The notes: generated by a model from the sequence alone, not told the origin. DNA of 32,142 nucleotides from Euryarchaeota archaeon UBA596 (GCA_002498205.1 DAGQ01000056.1:1-32142); one strand, 5' to 3'. Counted from the stretch's first letter, positions 1 to 8,579 are shown. Program-made: numbers and translations.

Positions 1-1
1 T

Positions 2-2596
2 AGAGTAATTGAGCAGGGAGGAATTTATTTTACTGGAACTACTGGAATAATGTCTTTGAATTCAGAAAATGTAGTAAATTATAATATTAATTTTGGAGAT
101 CAACATACAATTCTGATGGATAGAACATATTGTATCGAATTAGAATTGAAAGATACTATTGAGGGTACTATTCTTGCTGAAACCTTAGATTGTATATTAA
201 CTCCAAATGGTATAGTAGATACTTCACAAGTAAGATGGAGTAACAGTTTAGAAACAGGTTCAACATGGGTTTCTTCTGCGGTAGAAGGTAAAGAAGGTCA
301 TTTAGCAGTTGACGACAATTACGATACTTATTGGGAATCAGAAAGCTCCTGTCAGAATGAGGATCAAGCAATCATAATTAATCTTCCAGGTTATGATGAT
401 GGAAATTTCCATCCAGTTTCAGCAATATCTTTAGAATGGTTAACTGACCCTCAAATGCCAATAAATTATGAGATTTTAGCATGGACGTCAGATGAAAAAT
501 GGCAACAACTAATAGAAGTAGAAGAAAATTTTGAACTTGAATATTGGAGCCGTCCGATTAATCATTTTATTGGCCAAATTGATGCCAATAGAATTAAGGT
601 AGTCTGTACACATTCTGAAGATACAACAATTGGATTAACAGAAATAAGAATTCATGAATGGCAAAATGCTAATTCTGGTGGCGGAGGTATTTTGGATGCC
701 TTCTATCCAAATGATCTTTCAGATGGTGCAGAAATTTATGTTACTAGCGAATATGGAAGTAATTCAGGTCCTAAAGCAATTGATAATGATTTCACTTCAT
801 TTTGGGAATCAAATGATTCATGTTCTGATTCAAATCAAGATATTATGATTGATTTAGAGCAGGAATATTATATTGGTGCTATGAAAGTAACTTGGGGATT
901 TTCATCATTTGATAATCAGTATATTGGTGGTGAAATTAAAATTTGGAATGAGCAGAATGGGTGGATTCATGTAATGAATTTCGACCAAAATCCAATTGAT
1001 GAAGATCCAGAATTTTATCTTTTTTATCCCAATTATGGTCAGAAAATAGTTTTCAAATGTCTGAGTTTAGATTTAAATTTAAAAATTAGCGAAATAGAAA
1101 TATTTGAGGCTAAATCAGATTGGCATGAATTTGATTTTGATAATGATGGTAAAAGTAACGGAGCAGATCAATGTTTCATTGGAGAATCAGAATGGTCTTC
1201 AGATCCATTAAAAGATTATGATGGTGATGGTTGTTTTGATGATACAGAAGATTGGGATGACGATAATGATGGTATTAATGATGAACAAGATAATTGTCCA
1301 AAAGGCCAGTTTAATTGGAATTCTTGGGATGAAGGTACAGATTTTGATCACGATGGTTGCTTTGATGATACAGAAGATTGGGATGATGATGCAGATGGTA
1401 TACCAGATTCTAATGATACATGTTTACTAACAAGACTTGGAGCAGGAGTTGACTTTGATGGTTGTGAGATTTCTTTTGATGACGGTGATGGAGATGGAGT
1501 AGCTGATTCTTATGACCAATGTTCCGAAACCCCAAATGGTACTGAAGTAGATATGTTCAATGGTTGTCCGTTATTTTATGATTCAGATGGAGATGGAGTT
1601 TTTGATAATGAGGATGCATTCCCAGAAGATTCTTCAGAACAATATGATGATGATGACGATGGCGTTGGAAATAATGCTGATAATTGTCCAAATACACAAT
1701 CGGGTGACTTTGTAGATCCTGCTGGTTGCACTGTTACTGTGCAAGATGACCCATTAAATGAAACTGCAAACGAAACTGCAAATGAAACTGCAAACGAAAC
1801 TGCGATTGATACTGATGGTGACGGTGTAAATGATTTCAACGAAGACGGAACAGTTTTAGATAATTGTCCAGAAACGGAAGAAGGAGTAGAGGTAGATGAA
1901 TTTGGATGTTCAACTTTAGATGCACTTCCTCCTCAATTAGCTGCTGCATTAGATTTCATTTTGAATATTGATTCATTACTTGGACTTCCAGATGGAACAT
2001 TAGAAATTATGTTTGCGGCATTGGGTATGATGTTTGGTGTACTTAGATTCGTAGGCCGAAGAACATTAGCAGGTAAGTCTAAACGTGTTGAAAAATATGC
2101 ATCAGAAATAAGATTAGCAAGAAGTCGTAGAGAACTAGAAAATCTTGAGAAAAGAATTACTAAAGATAATGAAAAGAAGCTTTTACCACCAGGAGGATTC
2201 GGGGATTTGATGGAATTAATTGAAACAAGAGCCATCGAACTTGGAGAAATGGATATGGCATCTCAAGTGAGACAAACAGCAGCTGAAGCTGATATGGTAG
2301 AATCTCATGAGAGGATGTTAGAAGAAATGGAAGGAACTAGAGAGGCCGTAGCAGGATTACAAGAAGAACTTTCTGAAATGCGTCGTAAGGGTCCACCTGG
2401 CAAGGGTAAAAGAAAAGGCCCTCCACGTAGAAGAGGTGGAGATGATTCGGGTTATAGAATGCAACAATCTGGAGGGCCAAGACGCCCCTCATTGCATCCT
2501 GCTGATTTGGATGGAGATGGTTTTGTAACAGAAGAAGAAAAAAGAATTTATAGACAGAGAAAAGAACAGGAGGATGGTCTTTGGGAATATGATTGA
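2..2596 (+). CDS. Large cell-surface adhesin-like protein, probably 5'-truncated by the window edge. Two discoidin (F5/8 type C)-like domains, thrombospondin type-3-like Ca-binding repeats, a C-terminal TM anchor and a cytoplasmic tail.
   Basis: ORF track gives 50..2596, but the frame stays open back to nt 2 (RVIEQGGIYFTGTTGI precedes the Met). There is no SD near ATG-50 and no signal peptide after it. AVDDNYDTYWES and AIDNDFTSFWES are typical discoidin-domain motifs. Many DxDxDGxxDxxD motifs with flanking Cys (DGCFDDTEDWDDDNDGINDEQDNCP etc.). Hydrophobic LEIMFAALGMMFGVLRFVG is followed by RR. Confidence 0.8.
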   Translation, partial: RVIEQGGIYFTGTTGIMSLNSENVVNYNINFGDQHTILMDRTYCIELELKDTIEGTILAETLDCILTPNGIVDTSQVRWSNSLETGSTWVSSAVEGKEGHLAVDDNYDTYWESESSCQNEDQAIIINLPGYDDGNFHPVSAISLEWLTDPQMPINYEILAWTSDEKWQQLIEVEENFELEYWSRPINHFIGQIDANRIKVVCTHSEDTTIGLTEIRIHEWQNANSGGGGILDAFYPNDLSDGAEIYVTSEYGSNSGPKAIDNDFTSFWESNDSCSDSNQDIMIDLEQEYYIGAMKVTWGFSSFDNQYIGGEIKIWNEQNGWIHVMNFDQNPIDEDPEFYLFYPNYGQKIVFKCLSLDLNLKISEIEIFEAKSDWHEFDFDNDGKSNGADQCFIGESEWSSDPLKDYDGDGCFDDTEDWDDDNDGINDEQDNCPKGQFNWNSWDEGTDFDHDGCFDDTEDWDDDADGIPDSNDTCLLTRLGAGVDFDGCEISFDDGDGDGVADSYDQCSETPNGTEVDMFNGCPLFYDSDGDGVFDNEDAFPEDSSEQYDDDDDGVGNNADNCPNTQSGDFVDPAGCTVTVQDDPLNETANETANETANETAIDTDGDGVNDFNEDGTVLDNCPETEEGVEVDEFGCSTLDALPPQLAAALDFILNIDSLLGLPDGTLEIMFAALGMMFGVLRFVGRRTLAGKSKRVEKYASEIRLARSRRELENLEKRITKDNEKKLLPPGGFGDLMELIETRAIELGEMDMASQVRQTAAEADMVESHERMLEEMEGTREAVAGLQEELSEMRRKGPPGKGKRKGPPRRRGGDDSGYRMQQSGGPRRPSLHPADLDGDGFVTEEEKRIYRQRKEQEDGLWEYD
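1226..1401 (+). repeat. Internal near-identical duplication inside the adhesin gene (two ~50-bp copies, 126 bp apart)
   Basis: gatggttgttttgatgatacagaagattgggatga at 1226 recurs as gatggttgctttgatgatacagaagattgggatga at 1352. Both encode DGCFDDTEDWDDD. Confidence 0.85.
1757..1804 (+). repeat. 12-bp tandem repeat x4 encoding (NETA)4
   Basis: aatgaaactgca aacgaaactgca aatgaaactgca aacgaaactgcg, in frame in the adhesin ORF. Confidence 0.95.
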
Positions 2597-2609
2597 TTGA
2601 TGCTTTGAA

Positions 2610-2625
2610 GGTATTGAAAAATACC
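2610..2625 (+). other. Perfect 6-bp stem with GAAA tetraloop, 14 nt after the adhesin stop codon. Function unknown (transcript 3'-end or processing element?).
   Basis: GGTATT-GAAA-AATACC. The flanking TTGA...TCAA can extend the stem across an internal loop. Confidence 0.3.
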
Positions 2626-2697
2626 CAATCAAGGTGTCAATTGTTTAAATTACAACTAAAGGTTATAGTGGGATTAGATGGGTGCGGTATCTGTATC

Positions 2698-2705
2698 GGG
2701 GTGAT
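2698..2705 (+). promoter_or_regulatory. Shine-Dalgarno site serving a TTG start
   Basis: GGGGTGAT lies 3 nt before TTG at 2709. The first in-frame ATG is about 68 codons downstream. Confidence 0.6.
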
Positions 2706-2708
2706 TAA

Positions 2709-4241
2709 TTGGCTAGGAAGAGACGTGGAAAGGGCCAGAGGCGACGTAAAAATGCCGGTGCGGACAAAAGAAATTATGATGAATTAGACAAATATCCCGT
2801 AAGGCCACCACATGCTTTTGCTAGAGTTGTACGGGATAGACGTTCATTGAATATTTTGTATCAAGTAATTGAACCACCACTTTCCAAAAAAGAAGAAAAA
2901 TATCGTCAAGAGATTATGGATATTTTTGTTAGAAGTCTAAATGCCAGTATTGAGGATATTGAAGCTGATGCCGCAGCATATCTTAGAACATCTATGGACA
3001 AAGTTATCAAATCTTATGGTATGAAAATCAATAAAAAATCTAAATCTAAATTATTTTATTATCTCCGTAGAGATTTATTAGGATATGGAAAAATGGATGT
3101 TTTAATGTCTGATCCAAATATTGAGGATGTTTCATTAGATGGAATGAATATACCAATTTTCGGATATCATAGGAAATTTGAATCTGTAGAAACTACCATT
3201 AAATGGGAGACAGATGAAGAATTAGAAGCTTATATCATTAAACTTGCTCAACGTTGTGGAAAACATATTTCAGTTGCTGAACCATTATTAGATGCTACAT
3301 TAATGGATGGTTCTAGGATTGTAATGAAATTAGGGCATGAAATTTCAACTAGAGGTTCAACTTTCTGTATTAGGCGTTTCCGTGATGATCCCTTTTCTCC
3401 TTGCGACCTTATTGCATTTAGAACAATGACTAGTCTAATGGTTGCCTATTTATGGGTCGCTTTCCAACAAGGTGTATCTATGCTTTATGTAGGTGGTACA
3501 GCATCAGGTAAGACTACAACTCTAAATGCCATGTGTATTTTCATACCCTGGCAAATGAAGATTGTAAGTATTGAATCAACAAGAGAAGTTAACATTCCAC
3601 AACCTAACTGGATTCCAGGATTAACTCGTCAAGGTTTTGGTGGAGAATCTAATGAAGGTGAGATTGGAGAATTCGAACTCTTAAAGGCCGCTCTTAGGGA
3701 ACGTCCAGAGTATATTATTGTAGGTGAAATTAGGGGTGCAGAAGCATACGTACTGTTCCAAGCCATGGCTACAGGGCACTGTGCATATTCAACAGTTCAC
3801 GCGGATTCTGTACCGTCATTAGTTCACAGATTAGAAAATAAGCCAATTGATATCCCTCGTGTTCTTCTACCAGCATTAGAAGCATGTGCAATTCAAATTC
3901 AAACAAGAATTAATGGTAAACGTGTTAGACGTTGTAAACAACTTGTGGAAATTGTGGGAATAGATCCAAACTCAATGGAAATAATTACCAATGAAGTATT
4001 CAAATGGGATCCTTCAAGAGATGATTTTGACTTCAGCGGTAAATCTTATGTTTTGGAAAAAATAATGGTAAAAATCAATTATTCACAAGATGAGATGCGT
4101 ACAGAATTACGTACTCGAAAGCGAGTTCTAGACTGGATGGTGTTAAATGATATTAGAAAATCAGATCAAGTTTCTCAAATCATTACTGAATATTATGTAA
4201 GGCCTGAACAAGTTCTCGCTCGTGTAGATGGCTTAGTGTAA
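2709..4241 (+). CDS. Type II/IV secretion-family ATPase (FlaI/PilB/TadA-like filament assembly ATPase)
   Basis: Walker A GGTASGKTTTLNA, Walker B-like YIIVGEIRGAEA, His-box GHCAYSTVHA. Basic N-terminal extension. TTG start with SD. Confidence 0.88.
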   Translation: MARKRRGKGQRRRKNAGADKRNYDELDKYPVRPPHAFARVVRDRRSLNILYQVIEPPLSKKEEKYRQEIMDIFVRSLNASIEDIEADAAAYLRTSMDKVIKSYGMKINKKSKSKLFYYLRRDLLGYGKMDVLMSDPNIEDVSLDGMNIPIFGYHRKFESVETTIKWETDEELEAYIIKLAQRCGKHISVAEPLLDATLMDGSRIVMKLGHEISTRGSTFCIRRFRDDPFSPCDLIAFRTMTSLMVAYLWVAFQQGVSMLYVGGTASGKTTTLNAMCIFIPWQMKIVSIESTREVNIPQPNWIPGLTRQGFGGESNEGEIGEFELLKAALRERPEYIIVGEIRGAEAYVLFQAMATGHCAYSTVHADSVPSLVHRLENKPIDIPRVLLPALEACAIQIQTRINGKRVRRCKQLVEIVGIDPNSMEIITNEVFKWDPSRDDFDFSGKSYVLEKIMVKINYSQDEMRTELRTRKRVLDWMVLNDIRKSDQVSQIITEYYVRPEQVLARVDGLV

Positions 4242-4251
4242 GGAGATAAAA

Positions 4252-5307
4252 ATGGAATTAAATGCCTGGCAGAAGATAGGCCATCGCCTTTTGGGTGGTC
4301 TTTTAAGAAAAAGGGCAAGAGGAGATAAAGAATTATCTAATAATATTCAAAGAGGTAACTTAAACATAATGCCAGAAGTTTTTATGGCAACTAGTATATT
4401 ATCTACAATAGCAACTGTTGGGATTTTAGTTGGGTTAAATGTACTCGTTTTTATGCCAGGAATTGGAGGTGTTGCATTATATGAAAATATTCAAGACCCT
4501 GTTTCAATCCCTCTTTGTGTAGATTGGGCATATTGGCATTCAGATGAGATTGATTATAATCTTAATTGGGGAGTTAATTCTGATGAATTTGGAGAAGTAC
4601 AGTATGGGGGATGTCCTTATTATCAAACTAAATCTTTTCCGGCTCCTTTGAAGATAGTTATTCCAGTACTAACTCTTGGTTTAGGGCCATTGTTGGCATA
4701 TAGAACTTTCATGGGTGGAGCTAAAAGAGCTGCAGAAATGAGATCAAAAGATATTGAAAAATATCTACCTTATGCTGCATCATATACTGCTGCTATGTCT
4801 GCAGCTAATGCAACACCACAGAAAATTTTCCGTTCATTAGCAAAGAACCAAGATATTTATGGAGAAATATCTCATGATTCTGCACAAATTTATAGAGATA
4901 CAAATCTTCTTGGTTTTGATTTAGTTACTGCAATTAAAATGTCTGTAGGAAGGGCAGCATCACCTTGGTTAACTGAGTTCTTTCAAGGAATGGAAGGTAC
5001 TTTAACAGCAGGAGGTAATCTCAAGATATATTTCTTAAATCGTGCTGAACATTACATGAGAGAGAATAGAACAAGATTGCACGTATTTTTAGAAACATTA
5101 GCAATGCTTGCAGAATCTTATGTTGTAGTTGCAGTGGCTATGCCTCTGTTTTTACTTGTAATGCTCGTAATTATGTTTTGGGTTAGTGGTTCTGGTTCTA
5201 CAATGGATGAAAGTACGCTTTACTTTATTGTGCTAGGATTTTTACCAATGATTCATATTGCTTATGGATATTTAGTCTGGGCAATGTCAGCAGATCAAAA
5301 TATGTGA
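4252..5307 (+). CDS. Polytopic membrane protein with one T2SSF (FlaJ/TadB/PilC-type platform) domain
   Basis: AAGGAGAT SD before the ATG. The cytoplasmic block KYLPYAASYTAAMSAANATPQKIFRSLAK...LLGFDLVTAIKMSV...AGGNL fits the T2SSF pattern. Hydrophobic helices at both ends. Follows the ATPase by 10 nt. Confidence 0.75.
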   Translation: MELNAWQKIGHRLLGGLLRKRARGDKELSNNIQRGNLNIMPEVFMATSILSTIATVGILVGLNVLVFMPGIGGVALYENIQDPVSIPLCVDWAYWHSDEIDYNLNWGVNSDEFGEVQYGGCPYYQTKSFPAPLKIVIPVLTLGLGPLLAYRTFMGGAKRAAEMRSKDIEKYLPYAASYTAAMSAANATPQKIFRSLAKNQDIYGEISHDSAQIYRDTNLLGFDLVTAIKMSVGRAASPWLTEFFQGMEGTLTAGGNLKIYFLNRAEHYMRENRTRLHVFLETLAMLAESYVVVAVAMPLFLLVMLVIMFWVSGSGSTMDESTLYFIVLGFLPMIHIAYGYLVWAMSADQNM

Positions 5308-5315
5308 GGTGGTGA
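5306..5315 (+). promoter_or_regulatory. Shine-Dalgarno site serving a TTG start, overlapping the upstream stop codon
   Basis: GAGGTGGTGA lies 4 nt before TTG at 5320. Confidence 0.6.
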
Positions 5316-5319
5316 AAAA

Positions 5320-6915
5320 TTGGCAAGAAAAAAGAAAAATAAATTAAAAGTTGATTTAGATCTTCCAAAAGATGATTCAACGATGACTTATTTTTATTTG
5401 ATTTGTACCGTTTCAATTATTCTTGGATTAATGTGTATGGGTTTTTGGTTTACAAATAGTAATTTTATGCCCGGAAATGATGATGCAGCTTTACCATTTT
5501 TTGTAAGTACTTATTGTCAAACTACAGCTCAAGACGAATTTGGTAACCCAAACCCTGAACCTTTTGCAAATGCTAGATTAGGATTAGAAACATCATACAA
5601 AGATAATGAAACATGTTCAATTTTAACAGATTCACCATCTCCCGCTGAATGGGTTTTAGATGACCCCTGGGAAGGGATGGATGGAAAGGCCAGATCTTTT
5701 CAAGTACCTGGATTAAAAGACTCACAACTTGCAGGAAAATCCCATCCATTACAGGAATTAAGAGTTGATTGTACAGCAGAATCATTAGATTATCCTACTT
5801 TAGAATACACTGTTAGTATTTTAGATGAAGATGAACAATTACCTGGTGATAGTTGGAGACATATAGGTAGAGCTAATGATAATGATTGTAGTATTTTAAT
5901 TGAACATGCTGACCCTGGAGAATATCAAATTAGATTAATTCCAGAGTGGCCTGAAGGAGTCTCTTCTGCTCCTGACTTTGAATTTAGTTTTACAGTAACT
6001 GCAATGGTTTATGATGGAATACCGAATTATATGAATAATAAATCACAATGGATTGGTCCAGAAGTAAATTTAGGAGGCTTCTCATTACATCCTACAATTT
6101 ATATTAACTTCTTTGGATTTGCTTTCTTTTTGATGATTTACCCAGCTTCAGTTTATTGGGATAGAGTACAGAGAAATATTAACGCAAGGGAAGAAAAATT
6201 TCCAGATTTTTTGAGGGACTTAGCAGAATATTGGAAGGGTGGTTTATCAATGACAGTGGCTGTTACATCACTTGCAAATTCAGAATATGGAGCATTAAAT
6301 GATGATGTAAAAAAGATGTCTAATCAGATTAGTTGGGGGGTGGCTTTTGGAGATGTATTGGAGTTATTTGCTGCAAGAGTAAATACTCCATTGGTTAAAA
6401 GAGCAGTTTCCTTAATTTCTGAGGCTAATAAGGCAGGGGGTAAAATCTCAGATATTCTTGTAACTGCAGCAAGTGATAGTAGAGAAATTAAATTTTTAGA
6501 GGGTGAGCGGAGCAGAACTATTTCATCATATATTGCAGTAATTTGGGTATCTTATTTGGTTTTCATGATTGTTATTGTTATTTTGTCAAGAGTATTTATT
6601 CCAGCGATTGCAGAATCAAATACAGGATCTGGCGGCGACTCTTCAGCACAAATTGGAAATATGCAAATTAGAGCAATAGATCCATTATTATTCTTAGTAG
6701 TTTTCTTTTATGGTGTTACTATGCAAGCATTAGGGAATGGGGCAATGGCGGGTTTAATGGCAAATGGAAGATTAAGTTCTGGATTTAAACATGCAGGAAT
6801 GATGTTAGTTTTAGCGATACTTTCCTTTACTTTTATTTCATTTATCCCTTCTTTGATTGGAGTGCCGACTAGTCCCGGTTTGAATCCTTCTATTGGAATG
6901 TTGAGGATAACGTAA
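5320..6915 (+). CDS. Second T2SSF-domain platform protein (TadC/FlaJ-like) with a ~230-aa extracytoplasmic N-terminal domain
   Basis: FPDFLRDLAEYWKGGLSMTVAVTSLA...ISWGVAFGDVLELFAARV...ISEANKAGGKISDIL is a textbook T2SSF domain. N-terminal TM (MTYFYLICTVSIILGLMCMGFWF), then a 4-Cys soluble region, then several C-terminal TMs. Confidence 0.8.
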   Translation: MARKKKNKLKVDLDLPKDDSTMTYFYLICTVSIILGLMCMGFWFTNSNFMPGNDDAALPFFVSTYCQTTAQDEFGNPNPEPFANARLGLETSYKDNETCSILTDSPSPAEWVLDDPWEGMDGKARSFQVPGLKDSQLAGKSHPLQELRVDCTAESLDYPTLEYTVSILDEDEQLPGDSWRHIGRANDNDCSILIEHADPGEYQIRLIPEWPEGVSSAPDFEFSFTVTAMVYDGIPNYMNNKSQWIGPEVNLGGFSLHPTIYINFFGFAFFLMIYPASVYWDRVQRNINAREEKFPDFLRDLAEYWKGGLSMTVAVTSLANSEYGALNDDVKKMSNQISWGVAFGDVLELFAARVNTPLVKRAVSLISEANKAGGKISDILVTAASDSREIKFLEGERSRTISSYIAVIWVSYLVFMIVIVILSRVFIPAIAESNTGSGGDSSAQIGNMQIRAIDPLLFLVVFFYGVTMQALGNGAMAGLMANGRLSSGFKHAGMMLVLAILSFTFISFIPSLIGVPTSPGLNPSIGMLRIT

Positions 6916-6931
6916 CGGGTGGTTGGTAGAT

Positions 6932-7390
6932 ATGCGTAAGCTTTCTTCTGATACAAGTGCTCAAGTACATGTAATTGAAATGTTGACATTATTTTGGTTA
7001 TTTTTTATGTCAGCAATGTTTGTTATTAATATCCATGTTCCAGATTCTAATTCTGAAATTATCGATGCTTCATTATCTATGGCTGGTAGAGATGCTCTAG
7101 ATTTAGCGGCGAGTGAACCTGCATTTGATTCAACTAACCATTCTTCAAAATTAACAGAATTATTATCTTTAGATGATTATAGTGATGCATGTAATTTTGT
7201 AAAACAAGGATTACCTTCAACTTATGAAGCAAATTGCTGGGTGGCACAAAATAGCGGATCCATGGACATTTCTGGATTTAGTGGTTCTCCAATTGGGAAT
7301 AGTGTGACATCATATCTTATTATACAAGATTCTGGAAATATCTGGAGTATTGCTCTTGACGTTTGGAGTCAAGGAGGTGGAGCAATATGA
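6932..7390 (+). CDS. Pilin-like protein candidate (class III signal-peptide-like N-terminus)
   Basis: MRKLSSDTSA-QVHVIEMLTLFWLFFMSAMFVINI: short polar leader, Gln, then ~20 hydrophobic residues. GGTGGT SD upstream. I prefer ATG 6932 over the ORF-track TTG at 6923. Confidence 0.55.
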   Translation: MRKLSSDTSAQVHVIEMLTLFWLFFMSAMFVINIHVPDSNSEIIDASLSMAGRDALDLAASEPAFDSTNHSSKLTELLSLDDYSDACNFVKQGLPSTYEANCWVAQNSGSMDISGFSGSPIGNSVTSYLIIQDSGNIWSIALDVWSQGGGAI

Positions 7391-7821
7391 AGAAAAAAGA
7401 ATTATTTAATGATGATTCAGGCCAAATGTTATTGGCTGCGGGTTTGGTTTTATTGATGAGTTTACTTTCAATGTCATTGTATGGAGTTAAGGTGGCAGGT
7501 TATGATTTACCCAGAACTAGCGATGTTACAGATGTATTGGATGCTACAGAAGAAATAGAATCTATGTTTCTTCCAACATTAGAGAATAGAACTCAAGTCC
7601 GTTTTGATAATGGTATGAATCTGAATGATGCAACCATAGATTCTTTAGAAACAGTAGAATATGATATCAAAAATCATGGAATATTAAGAGGTATTCAGTT
7701 TAGTTTTACAGAAACAGATATTGTTGTAGATGGAAATAATGTGACCGTCAATACAATCTTAAATGTTGTATCTGATTCTATGATTGAATTACCTATTTCA
7801 GCAAGTTATACAATTTCATAG
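7387..7821 (+). CDS. Pilin-like protein candidate (class III signal-peptide-like N-terminus)
   Basis: MKKKELFNDDSG-QMLLAAGLVLLMSLLSMSL. GGAGGTGGAG SD. ATGA start/stop overlap with the preceding gene. I prefer ATG 7387 over the ORF-track start at 7363. Confidence 0.6.
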   Translation: MKKKELFNDDSGQMLLAAGLVLLMSLLSMSLYGVKVAGYDLPRTSDVTDVLDATEEIESMFLPTLENRTQVRFDNGMNLNDATIDSLETVEYDIKNHGILRGIQFSFTETDIVVDGNNVTVNTILNVVSDSMIELPISASYTIS

Positions 7822-8442
7822 ATTTTGTTCAGCACGATTCCATTCTAGATCAAACCAATGTGCAATTTCACTTACTGCATTTATTCCAGTTGATAAATCA
7901 ATAGTTTTCCAGTTTAATGGCTTTCCAATATCTAGAATTCCATTTTGAATATTTCTTATGGTATCAAAAGAACTTAGATATCTATCAGCGTTTCTCCATG
8001 TTTGTTTCTCTCTAGAGACTAACATTTGCTTATGATTTTCATCATTATGAACATAAAGAATTACTCCAATTGCTACTCCGCCTGCATTTTCCCATTTTCG
8101 TATAATTTCATTATCTGGCTTAATATGAACCCCTTCTAAGATTAAATCTACCCCTTCCCTTCTTGATTTGTCAATAATGGAATTAATTCCACCTGAAACG
8201 ACATTACTACATTCTTCCCAATCAGAAATAGGGTGATTATATCTTCCAACACTGAAAGTACTTCTGTGTAATTCCGGAGCTTCTAATGAATCAACATTTG
8301 AACGTAAGACTTCACGTATTGAATCTGTAGAAACTACTCTTTTAATTTTTAAAAAATTTGCAAGTTCCATTGAAAGTGTAGATTTCCCAACACCATTAAC
8401 TCCTGCTAATAATAGTAATTTAGGTCTACGAGATTTTTTCAT
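7816..8442 (-). CDS. 2-phosphoglycerate kinase-family P-loop kinase
   Basis: LLAGVNGVGKSTLSMELANFLKIKRVVSTDSIREVLRS and LILEGVHIKP match the 2PGK family signature as I know it. The internal ATG at 8442 has an AGGTG SD 8 nt upstream; ORF-track start 8475 has none. Confidence 0.65.
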   Translation of the reverse strand: MKKSRRPKLLLLAGVNGVGKSTLSMELANFLKIKRVVSTDSIREVLRSNVDSLEAPELHRSTFSVGRYNHPISDWEECSNVVSGGINSIIDKSRREGVDLILEGVHIKPDNEIIRKWENAGGVAIGVILYVHNDENHKQMLVSREKQTWRNADRYLSSFDTIRNIQNGILDIGKPLNWKTIDLSTGINAVSEIAHWFDLEWNRAEQNL

Positions 8443-8579
8443 GAATTTTGCACCTAGCTCATTAAAGATATACATCGGTAAAAGTATTCACTCTTTTGAT
8501 TTTCTCAATTATTTTTTTCTTTAGGCTATTTGTCTTTAGAACCTCATATATCCAAAAGGTATTACTTTATCCGGATAAC

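Noticed and set aside
168-2235. Antisense or out-of-frame ORFs inside the adhesin gene (168..371-, 654..848+, 1218..1430+, 1576..1839-, 1933..2235-)
   Set aside because: They are embedded in a much longer ORF with recognisable domains. Their translations are low-complexity mirror images of the Asp/Gly repeats (e.g. MMVMVVLMI..., SFAVSFAVSFAV) and have no SD.
2593-2787. 64-aa ORF spanning the adhesin-ATPase intergenic region
   Set aside because: It overlaps the SD and the TTG start of the ATPase gene in another frame. It has no SD and no recognisable features.
8496-8579. N-terminal extensions in ORF-track calls (8496, 8475, 13398, 14332, 25601, 25687, 7363, 6923)
   Set aside because: The extensions are hydrophobic or AT-driven, lack an SD, or overlap the upstream gene. 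In each case an internal ATG is preceded by a GGTG-type SD.
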